From an uncultured bacterium (GTDB lineage: Bacteria > Oederibacteriota > Oederibacteriia > Oederibacteriales > Oederibacteriaceae), in NCBI GenBank assembly GCA_965112635.1, contig OZ218778.1:1600001-1664000 (forward strand): 64,000 nt of DNA. The letters run 5' to 3'. The notes beneath the pieces were generated by a model. The model was not told the DNA's origin. It made no database searches and saw only the letters and a program-made list of their open reading frames with translations. Of the stretch, positions 1 to 9,696 are shown in pieces. Within the stretch, counting starts at the first letter, position 1. Every line of letters begins with the position of its first letter. Made by a program: the position numbers and the translations under genes.

Positions 1-135
1 CCAAACGATATCTCAGGACAAACATATGCAGAATATTCTGAAGATGGGAAGACATGGGTTGATCCTGAACATGGAATAAAATTAGAAAAGATGATTGAAA
101 TGGTTATGAAAAGAAAGCCGGGTAAACAAAACTAA
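1..135 (+). CDS. 3' end of a CDS entering from the left (PNDISGQTYAEY...KQN*), possibly a TIR-like/nucleotide-binding domain tail
   Basis: Frame 1 is open from base 1 to TAA at 133-135; PxDIxG resembles the C-terminal motif of TIR-like domains (weak). Confidence 0.4.
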   Translation, partial: PNDISGQTYAEYSEDGKTWVDPEHGIKLEKMIEMVMKRKPGKQN

Positions 136-296
136 TTGGATAGGATTTAATAATTTGGCACAAACACTGATATTGCTTTTGCTAATATTATGGTCCTTTG
201 TTGTGTTCATTTTAGGATTTATAGTGGCTCGACGGAAAATATATTTAAAAATAGGTAGATGGCTTGTCGCCATTGAATTGAGTAGCAGGTGAAATC

Positions 297-2843
297 ATGA
301 CGATTTCGATCAGTGATCTTGAAAAATGGTTTGAAGATCGGCCTAAATGGTTACAAGACACAGCGCGGAGACTTATTCAGAATGGTCTTCTTACCGAGCA
401 AGATTTAACAGACTTGCTTAATATTTGTATAGCAGAGGCAAGTGGGCAATTGGTGGCCTTTTCAGGCATTCCCTCTGGTGCTCTTGCTGTACAAGAACAA
501 ACAAAGCCACTGCGTCTTGAATCTATTTCTGATATACAGGGTATTAATGCTCTTAATCCAGGTAAACCTATGGAATTTGGGAAAGATTCCCTTTGCATAG
601 TATATGGTCAAAATGGGACTGGAAAATCCGGTTATGTACGACTGTTGAAGAACGCATGTGGAGTACGACGCCCCGGAGAACTTTTCACTAATATATTCAA
701 TGCCAACCATCAAGCTCAGGATGCCAAATTTACATTTATCGAAGATACACAGACCAAGACTTCCATTTGGAGCGGCCAACCATTACAAGAACTTCGAGGT
801 GTTGACATCTACGACACAGTTTGTGGCCTCGAATACGTGAACGATGAAAACGAAGTCGCTTTTGAGCCGTGGCTGTTGCGCTTATTCAGTCAATTAACCC
901 GAGCTTGTGAAATCGTGAGTCAGAAAATACAGAATCTAATTGTATTGAATGTCTCGAAAAAACCTTCTATTCCAGCTGAGTATTCAATGACGTCATCAGC
1001 TATATGGTATGCGAATATCACAGCCAGCACACCACTTATGGAGTTGGATGATAAAACAAATTGGATGCCAGTTAATGAAACAAGTATGTCTGAAATTAAT
1101 AAGAGGCTTAACGAAACCAACCCTTCAATTAAAGCTGTCACGCTTCGCCGTCAGGGGACTGTGATTGTCAACCTTTTGAATGATTTGAAGCAATATTTTA
1201 AAGACATCTCCATCGAAAAATGCGATGTCTATTTACGAACAAAGGCCGAAGCAAAAGCCAAACGTAAAGCAGTAAATCAAGATGCAAGAAAAGTATTTGA
1301 ACAAGCGCCTCTTGCTGGTATCGGTTCTGAGTCATGGCAACTACTATGGGAGGCAGCACGGAAATACTCTACAGAACAAGCCTATAAGGAGAGACCTTTT
1401 CCGAATGTTGCCGATGATGCCCATTGCGTCTTGTGTCAGTGTGCGCTTGACCTCGAAAGCCGTGACAGATTCAAAGCCTTTGAAAAATTCGTAAAGGGTG
1501 AGTTGCAGAATCAAGCCATTCAAGCTGAGAAGACTCTTCAAGCTATTGAGGCAGCATTCCCTGATATACCAACTGCCGATGCACTTACGCTGAAAATGGA
1601 TGCAGCTGGAATCACAGATTCCAGCGTTAGGGTGATGGTTGCGGAATTTTCCACAACTCTTGCCAATCGGAAACAATCCTGCAGGCTAGCAGAAAATCTC
1701 AGCGAAGTGACAGCTCTCCCAGTCTGCGAAGTTTGGACCAGATTAAATGCGCTTTCTGTAGAAAATGATAAGCAAGCCGTTGCCTGTGATGAAGACGCCA
1801 AAGGTCAGAACCGCCCAGAATTAGAAAACAAAGCAAAAGAAATGTCAGCACGGAAATGGTTGCATCAACAGCGGAAGGCGATTGATGTTGAACAAATCCG
1901 TCTCGCTACTGTCCAACAATTAAATGCGGCAAAAAACCTTACAGATACGATTGCGCTCTCTCGTCGTAAATCGATCCTTACAGAGGAATTAATAACAAAC
2001 GCATATATTCAACGTTTCAAGGCCGAACTTAAAGCACTTAAAGCCGACCATCTGCCGGTGGAGTTAAATAAGACAAGGGCAGAGGTAGGACGTGTTTATC
2101 ACCAGATCGCTCTCCAAAACGCAGTAAAGGCAGTGAAGACATCGGATATCCTAAGCGAAGGGGAATTTCGTATAGTCTCTCTGGCAGCTTTTCTTGCTGA
2201 CACCGAAGGCCGGGGCGCTAAAACGCCATTTATTTTCGATGATCCTATTTCCTCGCTGGATCAAGGGTATGAAGAAGCTACGGCACAGCGCCTTATCGCG
2301 TTGAGTAAGATACGACAGGTTATTGTCTTTACACACCGTCTTTCGCTGGTTGGTCTTCTGGAGAAGTATGCAGAAAAGGAGAGTTTAGAAAAAACAATCA
2401 TCTGTTTAAGCCGACTCAGAATAGGGGATATTGCGGAATTGCCTATAACGCTAACAAAGACCAAACCTACCGCCAACCGTTTTTTAAACGATCGCTTAAG
2501 GGTAGCAAAAACTGCTTATCAGACTGGCGATACTGAGTATGAAAAGGAGGCAGGGTCGTTATGCCGGGATATCCGCATCCTGCTTGAGCAAATAGTGGAA
2601 ACGGATTTATTAGCTGGTGTTGTCAGAAGGTTTCATCCTGAAGTTCAAACCAAAAACAAGATTGGACATCTTGCCAAGATTACACCTGAAGACTGTAAAT
2701 TTATAGATGACATGATGACGGCATATTCGCGGTACGAGCATTCACAATCTGACGAAACTCCGATTGGACTCCCCAAACCAGATGACATAGAAAAGGACTT
2801 GAAGGCAATTATTAGTTTTATTAAAACCATTCAGGAGCGTTAA
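297..2843 (+). CDS. SMC/Rad50-like ABC ATPase with zinc hook (RloC-like putative defence protein)
   Basis: Walker A GQNGTGKS, central CVLC hook in coiled coil, signature LSEGE, Walker B/D-loop FIFDDPISSLD, H-loop VFTH, helical C-terminal extension. Confidence 0.75.
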   Translation: MTISISDLEKWFEDRPKWLQDTARRLIQNGLLTEQDLTDLLNICIAEASGQLVAFSGIPSGALAVQEQTKPLRLESISDIQGINALNPGKPMEFGKDSLCIVYGQNGTGKSGYVRLLKNACGVRRPGELFTNIFNANHQAQDAKFTFIEDTQTKTSIWSGQPLQELRGVDIYDTVCGLEYVNDENEVAFEPWLLRLFSQLTRACEIVSQKIQNLIVLNVSKKPSIPAEYSMTSSAIWYANITASTPLMELDDKTNWMPVNETSMSEINKRLNETNPSIKAVTLRRQGTVIVNLLNDLKQYFKDISIEKCDVYLRTKAEAKAKRKAVNQDARKVFEQAPLAGIGSESWQLLWEAARKYSTEQAYKERPFPNVADDAHCVLCQCALDLESRDRFKAFEKFVKGELQNQAIQAEKTLQAIEAAFPDIPTADALTLKMDAAGITDSSVRVMVAEFSTTLANRKQSCRLAENLSEVTALPVCEVWTRLNALSVENDKQAVACDEDAKGQNRPELENKAKEMSARKWLHQQRKAIDVEQIRLATVQQLNAAKNLTDTIALSRRKSILTEELITNAYIQRFKAELKALKADHLPVELNKTRAEVGRVYHQIALQNAVKAVKTSDILSEGEFRIVSLAAFLADTEGRGAKTPFIFDDPISSLDQGYEEATAQRLIALSKIRQVIVFTHRLSLVGLLEKYAEKESLEKTIICLSRLRIGDIAELPITLTKTKPTANRFLNDRLRVAKTAYQTGDTEYEKEAGSLCRDIRILLEQIVETDLLAGVVRRFHPEVQTKNKIGHLAKITPEDCKFIDDMMTAYSRYEHSQSDETPIGLPKPDDIEKDLKAIISFIKTIQER

Positions 2844-3034
2844 AAAAAATAAACGGGGAAAGGAGTCAAGCTGCCTTTGATGTTATGAAAGCGTTTTTTG
2901 CTAGTATATGTTTAAAATATATTAAAGAGCTACGACTCAGACTATTCTCACAAAAGGCGCTGAAGGCCCAAGCTAGAAAAATATGGGGTGATATCAAAAT
3001 AACTTCGACTCACTGAAAATGTCACTGAGGGAAA

Positions 3035-3721
3035 ATGATCACCATTTCAAGGAAAAAGAACCTGGTGTTAGCTATTCAAGCCTGCTTGAAAAATGCCGAA
3101 CGATTATTAAATGAAAGCGAAATGCTGGAGTTTGAAAATCCACTTGCCACAAAGTATTTTTATTCAGTTATAGCTCAGGAAGAATGTGCAAAAGCCTTTT
3201 TGCTTTATATGGTCTCAATAAATGTAATTCCTTGGAGTCGATATGTTTTTAGGGCCCTGGAAGATCATAAATGTAAACAACTAATATGTGTTGTTCTAGA
3301 TCATTTATGTCCCGATGATGATACCTGGTCTGAAATAATTAAATCTCAAAAATTACCCGGATATCCTAAAAAAGTATCGGATGCTTTACAAATATTGCGT
3401 TATGAGAAAATTGGTAGGTGGAAATCATCTAATTGGGTATGGGCTGAGGATCCGAAGTGGGACAGGGAAGCTAAGAAAATCGCAGAAGGGTTTCGAGATC
3501 GAATGAAGCAAGATGCGTTGTATGTGCGTTTGAATAAATTTGGAAAGGTTGTAACCACACCGGATTCAATAGCAAAATTAAAGGCAGAATATGAATATGA
3601 ACGTGCTCAAGACTTCAGAAGATTTACACAAGATATTTCGGAACAAAAACCTCGGGCGGGCCTTAATTATGAGATTATAGAAAATAGTTTCAAATTATTA
3701 TTTTCTGAAGTGCTGGATTAA
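3035..3721 (+). CDS. AbiV-family (HEPN) abortive infection protein
   Basis: NAERLL...AQEECAKAFLL...DHKCKQ pattern typical of AbiV-like HEPN proteins. Confidence 0.7.
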   Translation: MITISRKKNLVLAIQACLKNAERLLNESEMLEFENPLATKYFYSVIAQEECAKAFLLYMVSINVIPWSRYVFRALEDHKCKQLICVVLDHLCPDDDTWSEIIKSQKLPGYPKKVSDALQILRYEKIGRWKSSNWVWAEDPKWDREAKKIAEGFRDRMKQDALYVRLNKFGKVVTTPDSIAKLKAEYEYERAQDFRRFTQDISEQKPRAGLNYEIIENSFKLLFSEVLD

Positions 3722-3729
3722 TAAAGTAA

Positions 3730-4524
3730 ATGGGAAAGAATATTAATGATGGAAAATGCTTGAAAGGACTAATTGTGGAATGTGACAATTCGTTAAAAAT
3801 TAAGAAAGAAAGAATAATTAATGGTTTAGATGCTTTTTACAATAGCATGAAGAGAAACGACCCAAAATATCATCGTTACCATTCTTGGGAATATTGTTAT
3901 AAATATTTTTACAATCTTTTTAAACAGCTTAAAGATGGCAGGAAAAAGAATTTGGGGGTTAGCGAAATAGATGGAGCTTGTTTGAATCTGGCCTTTTATC
4001 TGGCAAGCTGGGGAATGTACAGGGGATCATCCTTCCTATTATGGAAAGATTATAAGGTTTTTGAAAGTTTGATTATGAAATTATTTAAAGAACAATATTG
4101 GATGAATCTTTGGAATTCAAAGGTCAGTAGCTGGTCTGAAAAAGAAATAATTATTTTAATGGAATTGAAGGATGCTATTAAAAACGACCTAATTACGAAA
4201 AGTGGCTATGTTAAAGATACTGATAAAAACCCCAAAAAAAAGGAAGGTGGAGTAACGGATACCCTTATTACTAAGATTTTAATGGGAACATTAGGATGCA
4301 TTCCTGCGTTTGATGCGGTATTTAAAAGAGGAGTTATAAAACAAAAAGTTATTGGAAATAAAAGGCAATTCGTTTTAAATGAAAAAAATATCAAGAAGAT
4401 ATTGTGTTTTTATAAAGTTAATCATAAATCATTTGATGAAAAAAGGATTTATATTGAAGGGACAAATATTTGTTATCCGCCAATGAAAAAGGTTGATATG
4501 TTTTTTTGGAATATGGGAAATTAA
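3730..4524 (+). CDS. Conserved hypothetical protein, possibly HhH-glycosylase-like
   Basis: 264-aa ORF with conserved-looking blocks LAFYLASWGMYRGSSFLL and TDTLITKILMGTLGCIPAFD. Confidence 0.55.
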   Translation: MGKNINDGKCLKGLIVECDNSLKIKKERIINGLDAFYNSMKRNDPKYHRYHSWEYCYKYFYNLFKQLKDGRKKNLGVSEIDGACLNLAFYLASWGMYRGSSFLLWKDYKVFESLIMKLFKEQYWMNLWNSKVSSWSEKEIIILMELKDAIKNDLITKSGYVKDTDKNPKKKEGGVTDTLITKILMGTLGCIPAFDAVFKRGVIKQKVIGNKRQFVLNEKNIKKILCFYKVNHKSFDEKRIYIEGTNICYPPMKKVDMFFWNMGN

Positions 4525-4674
4525 ACTGCTTTTGGCTTACAGTACATTGATAAAAAGGTAATAGCTAGTCCCTGGAAAATGCGTAGTGAAAAGTTGTCTT
4601 CGAGATATACGGCCCAGTGGAATGATCTGGTGAAAAGTATTACTTTTGATTATTTAATGAAAAAGGAGAAATCA

Positions 4675-5022
4675 ATGCCAAAGGTGTCAATTACTGTCCA
4701 TTTATTTGGCGCGGTGGATGATATTAAATTGGACAGTTTAATGCCTCAGACTGCTTTAATAGAAATATGGAAACTTTGTTTGGATAAGAAAACCACATTT
4801 CCAGAATGGATTCGTGGGATAGTTAAGCAGCATAATATTCCACCAAATGATCCAATTGCACTAGAACTAACAAGGATGTTAATCCCTGAAACCGATTTGC
4901 TGTGGACTTTAGCTGCTTTAGATGGTGGTGCGAAAAATAAGGATTTAACAAAAAAATGGTTGGGTTTATGGATTGATATTAAGAAAATTGAATGGGGCGA
5001 TGGGAAATCATCTGCATTCTAA
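4675..5022 (+). CDS. Hypothetical protein
   Basis: ORF 4579-5022; AGGAG RBS before ATG 4675. Confidence 0.5.
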   Translation: MPKVSITVHLFGAVDDIKLDSLMPQTALIEIWKLCLDKKTTFPEWIRGIVKQHNIPPNDPIALELTRMLIPETDLLWTLAALDGGAKNKDLTKKWLGLWIDIKKIEWGDGKSSAF

Positions 5023-5041
5023 TTAGCCGTAAGTAGCCCTT

Positions 5042-5103
5042 CCTGCCTCAAGTTTTTTCCCATTTTTGCACCCAATTCCGGTGGAATTAGCAGCTTTTTC
5101 CTG
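5042..5103 (-). pseudogene. Degenerate fragment of the XRE HTH gene at 6317-6532
   Basis: Colinear DNA match at constant offset 1357 (cctgcctcaag 5042/6399; tggaattagcagct 5082/6439); peptide TQEKAANSTGI..KLEAG vs TQESAANSSGI..KLEAG. Confidence 0.7.
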
Positions 5104-5421
5104 TGTCGCAAATTCCGCTGAAAGCGACCAGTGATACTGTCCAGTCTCGATGATTTGAGTGTTTATTTTAGTTTGTGGTAAAATTATAGTAATGAATTTG
5201 TAACTAACGAAAGGGCGACCCGTGACGAAAGTCCGGGGGCAGAGCTTCCGCCTAAAAAAAGGCACAGGAGCATACCGAATGGTTAAATGTGTTTCTTTAA
5301 TTACAAACTGTTTCCAGCCAATTAGAACATTCCCTCAATCCTTAAGCCTAAATTTTCACTTCAAAAGAAATCTCCGTCCTAAAACCGAGTATTTATCCGA
5401 CACAGTTGGAGGAGGTTTTTT

Positions 5422-5790
5422 ATGTTGACTGAAAAAAACCTATTGATTGAAACAAATTCTTTGGAGATAAGAAATGGCAGTAAATTGATCCTGCAGGGCT
5501 ACCTTGATGCCGATACCGTTGATATTTTAAAGGATAAATTAAACTGTTTAATTCAGGTGAATAAAATCAATATCATTATTGATTTAAAGGATTTAACTTT
5601 TATAGGCTGCAGTGGATGGGAAACTATACGTAAGTTTGGGCTGGGGGCCTTGGAGCGAGGAGGAAGAGTAGTGCTTGTTAATATGAGCGACAAAATTGAA
5701 AGAACATATAATATGCTTGGCCTATCCGCTTTTTTACCGTCATTTAAAGATGAGCCCGAGGCTGTGTGCTATTTGGAGCAGAAGAGTTAA
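5422..5790 (+). CDS. STAS-domain protein (anti-sigma factor antagonist-like)
   Basis: GYLDADT, IIIDLKDLTFIGCSG motifs; GGAGG RBS. Confidence 0.8.
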   Translation: MLTEKNLLIETNSLEIRNGSKLILQGYLDADTVDILKDKLNCLIQVNKINIIIDLKDLTFIGCSGWETIRKFGLGALERGGRVVLVNMSDKIERTYNMLGLSAFLPSFKDEPEAVCYLEQKS

Positions 5791-5814
5791 ACTTGTTTAG
5801 AAAGCAATCATTTA

Positions 5815-6261
5815 ATGACCACTGAAGAAGTTTTCAAAAGCATGAACGAATCAAAGAGGAAGTTGTTTTTGCAAGTTTTGTTTGATATGGAGGGTGAAGC
5901 TAGTCAGAAAAGATTGGATTATTTGAATAATTTGATACAGGCTATTGAATTTGAATTAACAAAAGCTAAAAAAAGAAGGATATCGATCCTCAGAGAGATT
6001 GAGAATATAGAAATACTTCTTCCTGAGTTTAAGAAGTATAAAAATGTTGAGGGGAAATTTACTGCGTTTAAAAATGAAGTTGAAAATAAATTGAATGATT
6101 TAAAACTCAAGATAGTAGAGACCGAACCTGATATTAAGTTAGAAAAATTAAAAAGATTGAGATTGAGGGGACAGACTCTAATTCGTAGGTGTGATTTTGC
6201 AAGCGTTTTAAGTTCTAGGTTAAAGCAGTACAGTGGAAATTCCGCTGAAAGCGACTGGTGA
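5815..6261 (+). CDS. Hypothetical coiled-coil protein
   Basis: 148-aa charged helical ORF. Confidence 0.5.
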   Translation: MTTEEVFKSMNESKRKLFLQVLFDMEGEASQKRLDYLNNLIQAIEFELTKAKKRRISILREIENIEILLPEFKKYKNVEGKFTAFKNEVENKLNDLKLKIVETEPDIKLEKLKRLRLRGQTLIRRCDFASVLSSRLKQYSGNSAESDW

Positions 6262-6301
6262 ATCCGTTTGAATGCGACCGCCTATTCCGGTGATGGCGAC
6301 C
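6237..6301. repeat. Three ~22-bp tandem repeats (attccg...gcgac), IS21-end-like; an extra 19-bp copy at 5110-5128
   Basis: gcgac at 6251, 6274, 6296; aaattccgctgaaagcgac identical at 5110 and 6237. Confidence 0.55.
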
Positions 6302-6316
6302 ATTAGCAAGTCTTGA

Positions 6317-6532
6317 TCAGGATTCTATCAATTTGTTAGGAGTTACCTTGAGGGTGCTTGCAATTCTGTTTAAAGTATAGATTGTAAAGTTTGCCCCGCC
6401 TGCCTCAAGCTTTTGCCACCTTTTGTATTCAATCCCGCTGGAATTAGCAGCTGACTCTTGAGTCAATCCCCTTTTCTCTCTGCTTTTCTTAATGTTTTTT
6501 CCGATACGCCTTAATAGCTCTTTGTCTCTCAT
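6317..6532 (-). CDS. XRE-family helix-turn-helix regulator
   Basis: IKKSREKRGLTQESAA...KLEAGGANFTIYTLNRIA. Confidence 0.85.
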   Translation of the reverse strand: MRDKELLRRIGKNIKKSREKRGLTQESAANSSGIEYKRWQKLEAGGANFTIYTLNRIASTLKVTPNKLIES

Positions 6533-6655
6533 AATCCAATGCTAACGGTTGAATAGTCATGATAAACACCTGTAATATATTACGGTGTATGGTATTTGGG
6601 ACATAAGGCTCTCAAAAAGGCATTAATAATCTATCCAAAAACAAAAGGGGGAGGA

Positions 6656-7555
6656 ATGAAAAAAGCATTTTTGGTTCTCAGTTTATTGATGTTTTTAGGT
6701 GGTTATAATCAGGCTGTTGGTCAGTCAGATAATCTTGTACAGGCACCTGATATTAAATGTCCATATCACGGCTGCCAAATGAGTAATCCGGATCTCGTTA
6801 CTGATTGGATGGGTGTTCCAGAACTATTGTTTATTTATACCTGCCCTGTGGGCCATGAGAGGTATTTGATGGGCGCACATCAAATAATTCGTTCACAAAA
6901 GCTGATGTATGTTGGAAGCACCAGTTTCCATGGTGAGAATGGCAGTATGTTTATGATTAACAGTGGTGGCGAAGCACAATGGGTTGGCGGACCAAAACCA
7001 CAAACACTTGCAGAGAAAAAAGCAGAGGAGAAGGAGGCTGAAGCAGAAAAGAAAGAAGAAGCTAAAGAGATTGAGAGAGAAAATGGACAAATAAAAGAAA
7101 ATGAAAAATATTATAGGGAACAAAAAAAGGAATTGGAGAAGAAGGAAAAAGATGGAGATATTTGGCGTGCAGAAAAAAATGCCGTTGATGCAATAGAAAA
7201 GCTGTACAACGATGAAAGAGAGGAAGAGCAACTTCTGAAGTTGTTGAAAAAAGCAGATGTTGAAAGAGGGAAGGGAGAGGATAGCAGTTCACAGGACTAC
7301 TATAAACCACAAATAGAAAAAGACAAGGAAGCTATTAAAGAACGTAAAGCGGATTTAGCAAAATTAAGAGGAAAACCGGAAGGTTCTATTGATATAGATA
7401 TAGAAGTTCAAGAAAAGTTGATTGAAGACACTAAAAGATTTATAGAGATTGTTCACGGTGATGATAGAAAGTCGGTGGAAAAATCTGTTGAGAAACTTGA
7501 AGCAGATTTAGAAAAGCTAAGGGCTTCAAAAAGTTCTTCTGATAAGCATGAGTGA
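6656..7555 (+). CDS. Secreted hypothetical protein with small Cys/His domain and coiled coil
   Basis: GGAGG RBS, signal peptide MKKAFLVLSLLMFLGG, CPYH..C and CPVGH. Confidence 0.65.
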   Translation: MKKAFLVLSLLMFLGGYNQAVGQSDNLVQAPDIKCPYHGCQMSNPDLVTDWMGVPELLFIYTCPVGHERYLMGAHQIIRSQKLMYVGSTSFHGENGSMFMINSGGEAQWVGGPKPQTLAEKKAEEKEAEAEKKEEAKEIERENGQIKENEKYYREQKKELEKKEKDGDIWRAEKNAVDAIEKLYNDEREEEQLLKLLKKADVERGKGEDSSSQDYYKPQIEKDKEAIKERKADLAKLRGKPEGSIDIDIEVQEKLIEDTKRFIEIVHGDDRKSVEKSVEKLEADLEKLRASKSSSDKHE

Positions 7556-7585
7556 GCTCATTAGAAAGTGCTGGAGAGGAGAATA

Positions 7586-7912
7586 ATGGCATTAATAAAG
7601 TGCCCAGAATGCGGAAACGAAACATCTGACCAAGCTCCCGCTTGTATGCAATGTAGGGCTCCAATAATTATCAAGAAAAACAAGTCAGAAGCCAATCAAG
7701 ATAAAAAGTCCTTTTTCCAGTTAACTCAATCGGAGAGAAAACACTATCCAATATTTGTTAGGGTGTTTGCTCTTATTGGTTTAATTATTTGCGTTATATT
7801 TTCTTTATTTGGGTGTGCGCTTTGTTTTACGGTTGTCGGTATTATTCCTGGTGGATTTATTTGGATTGTTGGAATGATAGCCGGGGGGGCGTGTCTTTAT
7901 TTTATGTTGTAA
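7586..7912 (+). CDS. Zinc-ribbon membrane protein
   Basis: MALIKCPECG...ACMQCRAP plus two TM segments. Confidence 0.7.
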   Translation: MALIKCPECGNETSDQAPACMQCRAPIIIKKNKSEANQDKKSFFQLTQSERKHYPIFVRVFALIGLIICVIFSLFGCALCFTVVGIIPGGFIWIVGMIAGGACLYFML

Positions 7913-8013
7913 AAAACCGCTGGTGGTTGATCCTTAATTCCTTAGTGTGTTGTTTTAATTATTCTTTTAGAACTTAACAGATAAGTAAGAGTTCCAAAAT
8001 ACTGAAAGGAGGT

Positions 8014-8271
8014 GTGGCGATGCTTATAATATTTATTATTGGAGTTATTCTTATTGTCCCTATTTCGCTTGGAATAGCATGGGCTATTGTTCTTCCGACT
8101 CCTGAAAAGGCAAAGCAGATGAGGAGTAGTATAGAAGAGCGCAAACAAGATCCAGCGTGGGCAACTGGTGAGAAAGCAAAGAAGCTAAAGGCAGAGGATA
8201 AATGGCTAACTTTTCTGGAGAATGCACCGTTCCAAAAAACCGATGGTCCTTGGGGGGTGAAATGGAAGTGA
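8014..8271 (+). CDS. Small membrane protein
   Basis: AGGAG RBS, N-terminal TM helix. Confidence 0.55.
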   Translation: MAMLIIFIIGVILIVPISLGIAWAIVLPTPEKAKQMRSSIEERKQDPAWATGEKAKKLKAEDKWLTFLENAPFQKTDGPWGVKWK

Positions 8272-8420
8272 AGGGATTCAAAATTCCGGAAGGAGGTAGA
8301 GAATACTGACAGTAAATATTAAATAGGAAACTTATTGCGAGTTGGATTGAAATATCCACATGGCCAAGTTTGTTTTAAGGCATCTTGATATTTAGAAGAT
8401 GCCTTTCTTATTTTTAGGGG

Positions 8421-8681
8421 GTGATTATCTTGAATAAAAGGTGTGAAGCGCTAAACAATACGGATATGGAAACTCTGTTATTAGAAATTGTGGATTCCTT
8501 GGAAAGGGATTGCCTGGCATTAAGAGGATTTATTAATGAGGCAGAAATTAGTGATGGGATTTGGGGGGTAGCCAACTCCATTGATTTATCGGCACAGTTG
8601 ATTCATGGCGTAAAACATCAGTTATGCAGTAAATGTAAGCTAGTCGAAGTAAACAGATCAATCAAGTTTATAAGAAAATAA
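8421..8681 (+). CDS. Hypothetical protein
   Basis: ORF only. Confidence 0.35.
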   Translation: MIILNKRCEALNNTDMETLLLEIVDSLERDCLALRGFINEAEISDGIWGVANSIDLSAQLIHGVKHQLCSKCKLVEVNRSIKFIRK

Positions 8682-8733
8682 AGGTATTGTTTTTAATTTA
8701 TTCAAGTTCTCTAAAAGATGGTAAATTAACATT

Positions 8734-9550
8734 ATGAAACTTTCAAAGGAATGGGCAATTCAAAAATTTAAAGAGCAGATTAAAAAGGGTAAATCCTTAA
8801 TCTTGTTAGTTTTAAATTTATCAGATGAAGTTGATAGGAATGAGTATTATGAAGGTGAATTTAGTCTAAAACGTCTAGGGGAAATTAGATTAGCAGGCGA
8901 AGATACCCTCGAAGATACCTTGAAACCCATGCCTAATGAAAAATTAAATAAAGATTCTTCTATTAGTTTAAGTAACAGGTATAAGAGATTTATTTCAGCA
9001 AAAGAAAAAATGGACAATGAGCAACATTAAATTGATAGAGAGGGTTATTGATGATCCAACAAAGGTTGTTCGCCAATATAAACAAGAATATATAATTTCG
9101 ACCTCTTTATTGGGGCATCCGATTGAGGAATGTCGTATTGATCATATAGATACTACGATAAATAATGAGGTCAAATTATTAGAGTCAATAATTGGATGGT
9201 TAGAAGAGGATTTGTTAGTGTTACGAAAAGATATAGATAAATCTAATAATAACGATGGGTTCAATTATAATTCAAATAGTTCAACTTTATATTGGGGCTC
9301 AAAATTTAAAAAATTTGTACTAGGAAGCTCCTACCAAATTGTTTTTGAATATCTTGTAGAAAAACAAGATCAACTCGTAAGGAAACAGGAAATTGAAAAA
9401 CTACTTAAGGTTAAAGGATGTGAGACAAAGTCCACCGTTCATAAAATTATCGTTGATATAAACAAAGGAATAAAAGAACGTCGTATTTCACTTGAAATAA
9501 TTCCAGGCAATTCCACTTTTAAATTAAGTGAATTTGTAGCTAAAAAATGA
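8734..9550 (+). pseudogene. Frameshifted regulator with C-terminal OmpR-type winged helix (split into ORFs 8734-9030 and 9017-9550)
   Basis: Removing one A from the A6 run at 9005-9010 fuses the ORFs (KEKWTMSNIKLI), matching WSEYNAYLL of homologous 29753-30739. Confidence 0.65.
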
Positions 9551-9559
9551 AAAGTAATT

Positions 9560-9671
9560 AGTCCCCAGTAAGTCCCCATTATTTATTTTAAGCGATTAAT
9601 AAACCCTCTGAAAAATAGGATTATGTATTCCTTATAGCTATAGTCTCCACACAGTCCCCATATAGTCCCTC
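9560..9671 (+). promoter_or_regulatory. Five AGTCCCCA-like direct repeats in 11-bp phase upstream of the recombinase operon
   Basis: Copies at 9560, 9571, 9642, 9653, 9664. Confidence 0.6.
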
Positions 9672-9696
9672 CCAAGAAAGCCCTAGAATTGGGCAT

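Noticed and set aside
2877-2891. 15-bp sequence ttgatgttatgaaag repeated at 41320-41334, each just after a defence gene
   Set aside because: One AT-rich 15-mer match is within chance expectation for 64 kb and the similarity does not extend
6237-6301. Possible mini CRISPR array
   Set aside because: 22-23 bp period leaves no spacers; no cas genes
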